Positions 1-10,833 of a stretch of 32,000 bases of DNA are shown here, one piece after another (position 1 is the stretch's first letter; each line of letters opens with the position of its first letter). The DNA comes from Mycoplasma mobile 163K. Lineage in GTDB: Bacteria > Bacillota_I > Bacilli_A > Mycoplasmatales > Metamycoplasmataceae. Position numbers and translations under genes: made by a program. The notes below the pieces were generated by a model. The model saw nothing but the letters and a program-made list of their open reading frames with translations, ran no database searches and had not been told where the DNA came from. The stretch is from positions 240,001 through 272,000 of the forward strand of contig NC_006908.1 in the NCBI RefSeq assembly GCF_000008365.1, given 5' to 3'.

Positions 1-430
1 CTAGACCTTTAATTAAAGGTTTTAAAAATCTTGATCCAACAGCAAATACGCAATATTTAAAACTAATTTTTTTCTCATTAATTATCAAATTATTTTTATC
101 CACTATGTGAACTGTTCCTATCAAAGAATCAATTCCTAGTTTAGTGAATGAATTTTGTCCAGTTTTTTCAATTAAATTATGCAATTTTAAGTTTAATTCA
201 GATCTAAAAAATTTAAATTTTTCATCCAAGCTCATTTTTTTTTCAATTTTATCAAGTGTATTTTGAAGAATTTGAATTGGTACATCTCTGTTAAATTGCT
301 TTCCACCAAAAATTTCATTTTTGTCAATTATTAAGACTTTAGCTCCAAATCTAGCTAAATTTTTTGCAAAATGAGATCCAACTCTTCCAGCGCCTATTAC
401 AACTGTATGATAGTCAAAACTTTTTTTCAT
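1..430 (-). CDS. FAD/NAD(P)-binding pyridine nucleotide-disulfide oxidoreductase family protein (Lpd/GR-like), N-terminal 143 aa only; gene runs off the left edge
   Basis: ATG at 430-428 (rc). Translation: MKKSFDYHTVVIGAGRVGSHFAKNLARFGAKVLIIDKNEIFGGKQFNRDVPIQILQ...KYCVFAVGSRFLKPLIKGL. It has a GxGxxG Rossmann fold, an acidic end to beta-2 (IIDKN), a GGxxxN segment and a later A-x-G-S motif, laid out as in dihydrolipoamide dehydrogenase or glutathione reductase. It is open to the window edge and is absent from the ORF track because it is truncated. Confidence 0.6.
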   Translation of the reverse strand, partial: MKKSFDYHTVVIGAGRVGSHFAKNLARFGAKVLIIDKNEIFGGKQFNRDVPIQILQNTLDKIEKKMSLDEKFKFFRSELNLKLHNLIEKTGQNSFTKLGIDSLIGTVHIVDKNNLIINEKKISFKYCVFAVGSRFLKPLIKGL

Positions 431-632
431 AAACCACCTATTTTCAATTTTTAATTTTACCTATTTTAAGAAAGTAAAATTAAACTTCCACTACAAATTT
501 ACTAACTTTAAAAAGTATAAAGTAATTATAAACTAAATTAATGATAATCAAATTCTTATTATTTTGCAAAATCAAATTTTTAATGTTTTTATTTCTAAGT
601 TCTTGAAATTTACATTTTATTGATTAAAAAGG

Positions 633-638
633 TATAAT
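633..638 (+). promoter_or_regulatory. Candidate -10 box (TATAAT) for rpsB-tsf, implying a leader of about 135 nt
   Basis: Exact TATAAT in ...aaaaaggTATAATaaaag... No well-spaced -35, as is usual in mollicutes. An AAGGA Shine-Dalgarno lies at 765-769. Confidence 0.3.
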
Positions 639-773
639 AAAAGAGTTATTTGCAAACTAATTTGTAAATACGAAAAAACAAAAAGCACTTTGGTGAATTT
701 ATTAGGTGTGCTCTAATTAAAAGAGTCTTAATTTTAGAAACCAAAGGAAGTAAAAACAAATATTAAGGAAAAT

Positions 774-1676
774 ATGAATATTAATGATATGAATGATGCT
801 CCTGAAGTAAGTTCTTCAGAGTCTCAAAAAAACGAAATAGTTTCTAAACAAAAACTTTTAGAAGCAGGAACTTATTTTGGTCACAAAGCAAGTTTGTGAA
901 ATCCTAAAATGAAACCTTTTATCCATTCAAAAAAAATGGGAACACATATTATAGACATTGCCCAAACAAGAAAAGCACTAGAATATGCTTATAAATTGAT
1001 TGAAAAATATGCTCAAAAAGGCGCTTCATTTATTTTTGTAGGAACAAAAAAACAGGCCAAAGATGTTGTTAAAGCTCAAGCACTAAGAACAAATTCAATT
1101 TATGTATCCGAAAGATGACTTGGTGGAACCCTTACAAATAGTAGAACTATTATGAATCAAGTAAGAACTTTAAGTGATCTTGAAAAATTAGAAGAATCAG
1201 GATATGAAGGATATACAAAAAAAGAAGGTGTTGAATTTTCTAAAAAATTAGCAAAGTTACAACGTAATTTAACAGGAATTAGAAACATGAAACACTTGCC
1301 ACAAGTAATGATTGTTGCTGATGTTAATACAGATAAAATCGCAATTAAAGAAGCTCAAAGAAAAAATATTAAAATTATTGGAATTTTAGATACAAATTCA
1401 GATCCTTCATTAGTAAATTTTGGAATCCCTGCAAATGATGATAGTGTTAAATCTTTAAATTTAATTATTACAATTTTAGCAGATGCAATTGTTGCGGCAA
1501 AAAATGGAAAACAGTTGTTTGCTTATCAAGGTGATGAGGCTATTGTATTTCCAGCAACTAGTGAAAATGTTGGTAAAGATGGAGAAGAAAGAAAACCAAG
1601 AAAACCTTATGTAAAAAGAAGACCAGATGGTGATTTTCAACCAAGACACAACAACAATGAAAGCGAGACAAAATAA
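774..1676 (+). CDS. rpsB: 30S ribosomal protein S2
   Basis: ORF fragments 909..1118 and 1152..1676 plus upstream sequence share one frame. They join through TGA codons at 897 and 1119. The joined sequence [23 protein letters not shown]...SERWLGGTLTN matches S2 hallmarks. ATG 774 follows AAGGA. There is a basic C-terminal tail. Confidence 0.93.
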
Positions 1677-2560
1677 TGGTTGATGCTGAAAAAATTAAAA
1701 AACTTAGAGAAATGACTGATAGTGGTTTTTTAGATTGTAAAAAAGCTCTAGAAGCTACAAAAAATGACTTAAATGCTGCAGTGAAATGATTACAAGAGAA
1801 CGGAAAAGCTAAAGCTGCAAAAAAAGCAGATAGAATTACAGCAGAAGGTTTAGTTGCTGCTTTTTCAAATGATAAATATGGTGTAATAATTGAAATTAAT
1901 TCAGAAACTGATTTTGTTGCTAAAAATCAAAAATTTAAAGATTTAGTAAATAAAATTGGTCAAGAATTGTTAAAACATGATTTTTATAAATACAAAAATA
2001 TTATAGAAGAAGTAAAAATAGGTAATGAAACATTAGCAGAACTTGTTGCTTCTGCATCTGCTACAATTGGAGAAAAACTAACTTTTAGAAGAGCAGAACA
2101 AGTCAAAAAATTTAATAGCAAACAAGTTATTGGAGTTTACAACCACTTCGATGGTCAAAAAGCAGCTGTTTTAATTATTGAAAATGGAACAGAAGATATG
2201 GCAAAACAATTGTCTATGCACATTACAGCAATGAATCCATTATTTTTAGATGAAAAAGAAGTTCCGGAAAAAGAAATCAAAAAATTGAGAAGCGAATTTG
2301 AAAAAGACGAGCAAATTCAACTAAAACCTGAAAAAATTCGTCCAAAAATAATCGAAGGAATGATTAATAAAAAACTTTCTGAAACAACTTTTACTTTGCA
2401 AGAATTTGTTGTTGAACCAGGACAAAGTATTAAACAATATATGAACTCAAAAAATTCTTTCCCTATTTCAAAAATAAGATATGAAGTTGGAGAAGGAATT
2501 GAAAAGCAAGTAGTTGATTTTGCAAGTGAAGTTGCAAACCAAATGAAGAACAAAGCTTAA
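1676..2560 (+). CDS. tsf: Elongation factor Ts
   Basis: ATG overlaps the rpsB stop (TAATG). [60 protein letters not shown]... is the EF-Ts UBA-like N-terminus. There is one in-frame TGA (VKWLQ). It is in the same frame as track ORF 1967..2560. Confidence 0.93.
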
Positions 2561-2582
2561 TTACAATATTTTTCAAACAATT

Positions 2583-2608
2583 AAAAAAGAGACAGCAGTC
2601 TCTTTTTT
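2583..2608. terminator. Rho-independent terminator hairpin after tsf (symmetric A/T flanks, potentially bidirectional)
   Basis: AAAAAAGAGAC-agca-GTCTCTTTTTT: perfect stem followed by a T-run, 23 nt after the tsf stop. Confidence 0.7.
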
Positions 2609-2647
2609 AATTGTAAAAGTAAAGCACAAAAAACAGCAAATGAAAAT

Positions 2648-2672
2648 AAAAAAGAGACTTTGTCTCTTTTTT
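2648..2672. terminator. Terminator hairpin downstream of tRNA-Gly on the minus strand, also symmetric
   Basis: AAAAAAGAGAC-ttt-GTCTCTTTTTT. It has the same stem sequence as the hairpin at 2583..2608 and lies 18 nt past the tRNA 3' end. Confidence 0.6.
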
Positions 2673-2690
2673 ATGATCAATTTAATGATT

Positions 2691-2764
2691 TGGAGCGAGT
2701 GAAGGGAATCGAACCCTCATAGTCAGCTTGGAAGGCTGAAGTTCTGCCATTAAACTACACTCGC
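2691..2764 (-). tRNA. tRNA-Gly (anticodon UCC), CCA encoded
   Basis: The reverse complement folds by hand into a 74-nt cloverleaf. Acceptor GCGAGTG/CACTCGC; D stem GTTT/GAAC; anticodon stem TCAGC/GCTGA with loop CTTCCAA (anticodon TCC); T stem GAGGG/CCCTT with loop TTCGATT; discriminator T followed by CCA. Confidence 0.92.
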
Positions 2765-2778
2765 ATTTAAGTAAAACT

Positions 2779-2784
2779 ATTATA
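2779..2784 (-). promoter_or_regulatory. Candidate -10 box for tRNA-Gly
   Basis: The minus strand reads aaTGTATAATagttttacttaaat, followed by the tRNA 5' end at 2764. Confidence 0.35.
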
Positions 2785-2813
2785 CATTAATACAAATAAT
2801 TTTACAAATTTTT

Positions 2814-3668
2814 TTAAAAAGTTTCTTTCAATTTAGGGCTAACACTTAATGCTATACTTCCATAACCAACATGGACCATAACTGCTCCACCTGAAATATC
2901 AATGCTTGCAATTTTTATGTTTTTACTTAATAGAACATCTTTTGCAATCTGAATTGTTTCCGGATCCAAAGTATGAACAATTCTGAACTCAAAATTCTCA
3001 ATATTTTCTTCCCCGCCTATAAATTTAATTAATTTTTCCACTACTTTTTCAGCTGCTTTTCTAACAGATCGTTTTAATCCTGAAACAGAGTTTTTATCTT
3101 TGAATTTAATAATTGGAATGAATTTCAAAGTTGTCATAACATATTTTTTCTTCCCGGTTAATCTACCACCATTAATCATAGCTTCTAGATTTTTAGGAAT
3201 TATATATGTAATTGTTTTACTATCAAAATCCTTAACAAAATCAATAATACTATCAATACTTTTTCCTTCTTCAGACATTTTTGTCAATTTTTTAGCAATG
3301 TCAAAATATAAAGTTCCTGTTAAACTATTGTTTAAAACATGAATATTTTTATATTCTTCAGTTTTAAGTCTTAATAAATTATATGTTCCTGACAATGAAG
3401 AAGAAAGCGGTAAAAAAATTAAATTTTCATATTTTTTTAAGCCATTTTCAATAATGTTATTGATTATTTCGACTGGTGGAAGTGATGTTTTTGGGTTCTT
3501 TGCATTTTTAATTAAACTTGTAGCATCTTCAAAACTATAATCTACACCATCAAGAAATACTTTTCCATCTAAATCTATTTGCAAAGGCAATTGAAAAAAA
3601 CCTTCTTGTTCTGCTACTTTTTTGCTGATTCCTGAAAAAGAATCAATTACTATTCCTAATTTTTTCAT
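2814..3668 (-). CDS. DegV family fatty-acid-binding protein (paralog 1)
   Basis: Intact 284-aa ORF. MKKLGIVIDSFSGI...KTSLPP...LSSSLSGTYN... follows the typical DegV/EDD-fold pattern. Confidence 0.85.
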   Translation of the reverse strand: MKKLGIVIDSFSGISKKVAEQEGFFQLPLQIDLDGKVFLDGVDYSFEDATSLIKNAKNPKTSLPPVEIINNIIENGLKKYENLIFLPLSSSLSGTYNLLRLKTEEYKNIHVLNNSLTGTLYFDIAKKLTKMSEEGKSIDSIIDFVKDFDSKTITYIIPKNLEAMINGGRLTGKKKYVMTTLKFIPIIKFKDKNSVSGLKRSVRKAAEKVVEKLIKFIGGEENIENFEFRIVHTLDPETIQIAKDVLLSKNIKIASIDISGGAVMVHVGYGSIALSVSPKLKETF

Positions 3669-3711
3669 AGTCCAATTATATTACAAAAGATTTCATTTAT
3701 ATTTATATATT

Positions 3712-4557
3712 TTAAATCTTTTCCCTAAAAACAATTGTAATACCTGTAAAACCACCATTTATCATTGCAGCAGCACTTGATAAGTAAATTTCATTTATTT
3801 TAAAATTCTTTTTTCCAAACATTTCCTTTGTCTCTTCTAATGCTAAAAAATCACCATTAGAAATTAAATCAATTTCATAATTTTCTATTTCTCTTTTTTG
3901 AATAAAATTTTCAATTCTATTCAAAGCTTTTTTAATTGATTTATTAATAAATGTATTTATGCTTGCAATTTTAATTCCATTTTCATCAAATTGAATTGTA
4001 AAAACTAAATTTAATTTATTTACAAAACTTTTTAAAAGAGTTGAGGCTCTTCCGCTTTTTGAAATAGTTGCAATTTTTCTTGGAATTATATAATTTATTG
4101 TTTTAGAATTGAATTCACTCACTCACTCTAAAATTTCTTCAATATCTAAACCACTATCCATTTTTTCTCTTATTGTTTTTGCAACATAAAAACCAGTTTT
4201 TCCAACAAAGCATGTATCTAAAACATGGAAATTTTTATTATCTTTTACTAAATTTTTTAATAAATTATATGTTCCTGAAAATTTTTGAGAAACAGGAATG
4301 AAAATAGCTCCATCATAATCTTTTTTTATTTCTTCAATTAAATCATTTAACAACTCTAAATTTGGTAAAGAAGTTTTACTTGATTTAGACTTGTTTATTT
4401 TTATTAAAAATTCTTCCAATGAGAAATCAACTCCTTCATTATAGGAAATATCATCTAAAATAATTTGTAAGGGAATATAAAATAAATTGTTTTCCTTTGC
4501 TTTTTCTTTTGTAATATTCGAAAATGAATCAATTACTATTGCAAATCTCTTTTTCAT
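3712..4557 (-). CDS. DegV family fatty-acid-binding protein (paralog 2)
   Basis: Track ORFs 4123..4557 and 3712..4122 are contiguous in one frame, joined by TGA at 4125-4123 (..EEILE-W-VSEFNSK..). The N-terminus MKKRFAIVIDSFSNI...KTSLPN...SQKFSGTYN parallels the neighbouring DegV. Confidence 0.85.
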
Positions 4558-4616
4558 TTAAAAATTATATTATTTTTTTAAAATAACTTTCTTTATTAAT
4601 AAAAATTGTTTTGTAA

Positions 4617-4622
4617 TATAAT
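4617..4622 (+). promoter_or_regulatory. Candidate -10 box for eno
   Basis: TATAAT in ttgtaaTATAATaatt. An AAAGAGG Shine-Dalgarno lies just before ATG 4670. Confidence 0.3.
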
Positions 4623-4660
4623 AATTAAGTAATTTTAAATTAACAAAATTAATATTTTAA

Positions 4661-6037
<1,377 letters not shown>

Positions 6038-6043
6038 TATTTT

Positions 6044-6075
6044 AAAAATCTCTTTTACAAAAAGAGATTTTTTAT
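6044..6075. terminator. Rho-independent terminator after eno
   Basis: AAATCTCTTT-tacaa-AAAGAGATTT followed by TTTATT, starting about 7 nt after the eno stop. Confidence 0.7.
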
Positions 6076-6150
6076 TCTTCTTGTATCTAAAACTTAATTA
6101 ATTTAAATGTAGTAAAATTTATAAAGCAAAAGAAAACCAAAAGGAGCCTT

Positions 6151-8994
6151 ATGAATCAAAAAATTGATACTCATAATTTTATTTCTATTAAAGGTGCAAA
6201 AGAAAATAATTTAAAAAATATTGATGTTGTTATTCCTAAAAATAAATTAGTTGTTTTTACAGGTCTTTCTGGATCTGGTAAAAGCTCACTAGCTTTTAAT
6301 ACAATTTATGAAGAAGGAAGAAGAAGATACGTAGATTCTTTAGGTAGTTATGCTCGTCAGTTTTTAGGTGGAACTAAGAAACCAGATGTTCATTCAATAG
6401 ATGGATTAAGTCCGGCTATTTCGATTGAACAAAAAACAACTCACAATAATCCACGTTCAACAGTAGGAACAGTTACAGAAATTCATGATTACTTGAGACT
6501 TTTGTATGCTAGAATCGGACATCCTTTTTGTTCTAACCATAAAATTAAAATTACATCCCAAAAATTAAAAGACATTTTAAACACTGTTTTTTCATATGAA
6601 AAAGATTCAAAAATTTTAATTCTTGCTCCTGTAATTTCTGGTGCTAAAGGAACACATCAAGTTTTATTAGAAAAATTAAAAAAAGACTTTTTAAGATTGA
6701 AAATTGATGGAGAAATATATTCTCTTGATGAAGAAATTAATTTAGATAAATCTAAGAAACATGATATTGAAATTGTTGTTGATAGATTGATTTTAAATGA
6801 AGAAAATCGTTCAAGAATTGCAGATGGAATCGAAATTGCCTTAGAATATTCTAAAGGTTTAGTTAATGTAGAAATTTTAGGAAAGGAGAAAAAAATGTTT
6901 TCTCAACTTTTTTCTTGTCCTTATGGAGATTTTGAAATGCCCAAAATTGAAACTAAATTGTTTTCTTTTAATTCTCCTTATGGAATGTGTGAAGTTTGCA
7001 AAGGAATAGGAGTTTCACTAAAATCTGATCCAGATTTATTAATTCCAGATAAAACAAAATCAATTTTACAAGGTGCAATTATTCCTTTTCAAAATACAGT
7101 AGAAACATCTAATTTAGATTGACAAGAATTTAAAGCTTTATTAGATTACTATGAAATTAGTGCAGCAAAACCAATTGAGAAAATGACAAAATCTGAATTA
7201 GATATTATTTATTATGGTTCTAAAGAAGATATAAATTATACTAATGTATCTGTTAGTGGAAATAAATATACTAGATTTAATAAAATTGAAGGTATTTTAA
7301 CAAAAATGGAGAGAAGATTTCTTGAAACAACAAGTGAACAACTTCGCACTTGATATTTAAAATTTATGTCTGAAATTCAATGTTCAAAATGTAAAGGAGA
7401 TAGATTAAATGATTATGCTTTAGCTGTTCAAATAGAAGGTTTAAACATTTCTGACTTTTCAAAATTATCAATCGAAGAAGGTCTTTCAAAGATTTTATCT
7501 TTGGAAATTAGTTCTTTTGAAAAGGAAGTTTCGACTTTAATTGTTAATGAAATTGTAAATAGATTGACTTTTTTAAGTGATGTCGGTTTAGAGTATTTAA
7601 CTTTAAATAGAACAGCTGAAACTTTAAGTGGAGGAGAGGCTCAAAGAATAAGATTAGCTACTCAAATTGGTTCAAATTTAACAGGTGTGTTATATGTTCT
7701 TGATGAGCCAAGTATTGGATTACACCAAAAAGATAATGAAAAATTAATTAAAACTTTGAAACACATGGTGGAAATCGGAAATACTTTAATTGTTGTAGAA
7801 CATGATGATGAAACAATTCTAGAAGCAGATTATATTCTTGATATAGGACCAAAAGCAGGAAATGAAGGTGGGCAAATTGTTGCACAAGGATCTGTTGAAG
7901 ATATTAAAAAATCAAAAGAATCTATTACTGGTAAATATTTATCTGGTGAATTAAAAATTGAAATTCCTACTTTTAGAAGAAGTGGAAGCGGAGAAATTAT
8001 AAGAGTAATAGGAGCTAAAGAAAATAATTTAAAAAACATTGATGTTAAATTTCCTATTGGTAAATTTATTGCTGTAACAGGAGTTTCAGGAAGTGGTAAA
8101 AGTACTTTAGTAAATGAAGTTTTAATTAAAGGAATTGAATTTGTAAAAGGGTCTCAAGTTCATCCGGGAAAACATAAAGAAATTAAGGGTTTACATAATA
8201 TTGACAAGATTATTCAAATTTCTCAAAGTCCAATCGGAAGAACTCCTAGGTCAAATCCTGCAACTTATACAACTGTATTTGATGACATCAGAGATTTATT
8301 TGCAAATACAGAAGATGCAAGAGCAAGTGGTTTTTTAAAAGGGAGATTTAGTTTTAATGTTAATGGTGGAAGATGTGATAAATGTTCAGGAGATGGATAT
8401 TTAAAAATTGAAATGCATTTTCTACCTGATGTTTATGTTGTTTGTGACCATTGTGATGGTAAAAGATATAATCCTGAAACTTTAGAAATTAAATATAAAT
8501 TCAAAAATATTAGCGATGTTCTAGATATGACCGTTTCTGAAGCATTTGATTTTTTTGCTAATAGAGCAAAAATTAGAGAAAAATTAGAAACCTTAATGGA
8601 TGTTGGCTTAGGTTATATCAAACTAGGACAACCAGCTACTACTTTAAGTGGTGGAGAAGCACAAAGAGTTAAACTTGCAACTCATTTATTAAAAAAATCA
8701 ACAGGGAAGACTTTATATGTTTTAGATGAACCAACAACAGGTTTACATTCATATGATGTTTCGAATTTATTAGAAGTCTTAAAAAGAATTGTTAATAAAG
8801 GAGATACAGTAATTGTAATAGAACATAATTTAGATGTTATTAAAAGTGTAGATTACATAATTGATTTAGGTCCAGGTGGTGGAACTAATGGCGGAAAAAT
8901 TGTTGCTACAGGAACCCCTGAGCAAGTAGCAGAGATAAAAGAATCATTTACTGGTCAATACTTAAAAAGGATGTTAAAAAATGCAATTAAATAA
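6151..8994 (+). CDS. uvrA: Excinuclease ABC subunit A
   Basis: ORFs 6151..7122 and 7366..8994 share one frame and join via TGA at 7120 and 7351. There are two ABC modules (GLSGSGKSS and GVSGSGKST Walker A, two LSGGEAQR signatures). The C-terminal zinc module is CDKCSGDG...CDHCDGKRY. Confidence 0.96.
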
Positions 8995-9949
8995 AGATAC
9001 ATATTTCAAAAAAGAAAATAAATCATTTATCTATGTAGATAAATTTTTAGAAGCTTTAAATTTAATCCCTAATAATTTTGAAAAAATTACTAAATGAAAT
9101 TTAATTAATTCCCCATCAATAAAAAGAGTTGGTTTAGAACTTGCTGGAATTGATACACATAATTACAAAAATTTTGGTAATATTATTGTTTGAGGTTTTA
9201 CAGAGCAAGAGTGATTTAAAACTTTAAATGAAAAAAGTCTAAAAGAAGTTTTAGCTAAAGTTTTTAAATTAAATCCTCCTCTAGTAATTCTTTCAAAATC
9301 CTTAACAGAAGAAACATCAAATTTCATAATTGAAGTTGCCTCTTTTTATTCAATTCCTGTTGTAAAAACAAAATTTAGTATTTCAGAAATTCACACTTAT
9401 ATTTCTCTTCCATTATCAGAAGTTTTTGCGCCTTCAGTTTCGAAGCATGCTTCTTTAGTTGAGATAAATGGTATTGGAGTAATGATCATTGGAGAAAGTG
9501 GTGTTGGTAAATCTGAAGCTGTTCTTGAATTAATTCAAAAAAGATTTCTTTTTATTAGCGATGATACAGTCATCATAAAAAGAATTGGTAATTCTTTTTT
9601 TGGTTATCCTAGCGAAATAACAAAAGGTATTTTAGAAGTAAGAGGATTAGGACTAATGGATGTCGAAGCTGTTTATGGAAAGGAAATCCATCGTAAAAGA
9701 AGTGAAATAAGACTTGTTGTTGAACTAGTAAAAGTTGCATTTGATCCAATTAAAGGCGACACATTTGATCGTTTGGGAAATCAAGAGTTATTTTATGAAG
9801 TTTTAGATTCAAAAATTCCAAAAATTCAAGTTCAAATTTTAGCAGGTAGAAATACTTCATCTTTAATTGTTGCCGCAACAAATTTATATTTGGCAAAATT
9901 AGATGGAGTTGATGCTTTAAATATAATTATGGAAAGATGAGAAAAATAA
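8981..9949 (+). CDS. hprK: HPr kinase/phosphorylase
   Basis: ATG 8981 lies inside the uvrA 3' end (14-nt overlap). It is in frame with track ORF 9482..9940. There are four in-frame TGA codons. The P-loop [11 protein letters not shown] and the motif LEVRGLG are present. After the TGA at 9938 the gene ends ...IIMERWEK*. Confidence 0.9.
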
Positions 9950-10833
9950 TGAATACTACTAGTTCTATAGGAGGAATATCAGTTGGCCAAGCAATTAGTT
10001 TAGGACCTATTTCTCTTTATTCTTTGTTAATAATTTTAGGTGTTATTGCATCAATTGTAACTATTTCATTTTTTTGAAAAAGAGAAAATTATAAATTTGA
10101 ATATTTAGCTATATTAATTATTATCACAATTCCTTCAGCTATTATCGGAGCAAGACTTTGATTCATTTTTGAAAGATTAATAGATAATCCTTTAGATCCT
10201 TTTCCAGGAAGTGCCTGATGAGCTATAACAGAAGGAGGTCTTTCTATTCAAGGAGGAGTCTTTTTAGCTGCTTTTGCAAATAGTGTTTATTTGTTCACTA
10301 AAAGAAAAGAAATAGTTTTTGCAAAAGCTTTTGGAATTATTTTACCTTCTGTTTTAATTGGTCAAGCAATTGGTAGGTGAGGAAATTTTACAAATCATGA
10401 AGTATTTGGAGTAATTACAGATAGAACTTCAATTGCTTGATTAGGTGATGCAATTGCAGACAACATGTTCATAACTTCTAATGGTATCACAGCATATCGA
10501 GTTCCTTTATTTTTTTATGAGTCAATTGCTAATTTAATAGGTTATTTATTAATTATTTGAGGAGTTCTATTTTTTGGTTGATCAAAACCTGGAGTAACAG
10601 GAGCCATGTATCTTCTTTGGTATGGTACAGTAAGAACATCTATGGAACCTTTAAGAGATGAACAATATCCATTTTATATTGTTTTATCAGTTCTTATGAT
10701 TATCGGAGGTATAAGTCTTTGATTATATTTTGAAAAAATAAATGGTAAAAAATATATAATTAAAAAAGAAGGTAGAATAAAATACTATGATCTACCTTTA
10801 ACAAATATTACAAGAAGGTGAATTAATGCATAA
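9949..10833 (+). CDS. lgt: Prolipoprotein diacylglyceryl transferase
   Basis: Missing from the track because it has about 11 in-frame TGA codons. ATG overlaps the hprK stop (TAATG). It is a multi-pass membrane protein with the Lgt signature GQAIGRWGNFTNHEVFG and the motif YESIANL. I read the whole frame and saw no TAA or TAG. Confidence 0.9.

Noticed and set aside
1-430. Alternative call of the left-edge gene as a TrkA/KtrA-type NAD-binding potassium-uptake protein, based on IGAGRVGS..L...G..V..ID.
   Set aside because: The following GGxxxN segment and the later ..VFAVGSR.. motif, at the spacing typical of FAD-dependent disulfide oxidoreductases, fit better. This stays uncertain because only 143 aa are visible.
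6196-8050. A near-identical stretch of about 35 nt (aaagaaaataatttaaaaaa[t/c]attgatgtt) occurs at about 6196 and about 8018, which could suggest a dispersed repeat.
   Set aside because: Both copies encode [12 protein letters not shown] at the start of the two homologous ABC modules of UvrA. This is the ancient internal duplication of the gene, not a mobile or regulatory repeat.
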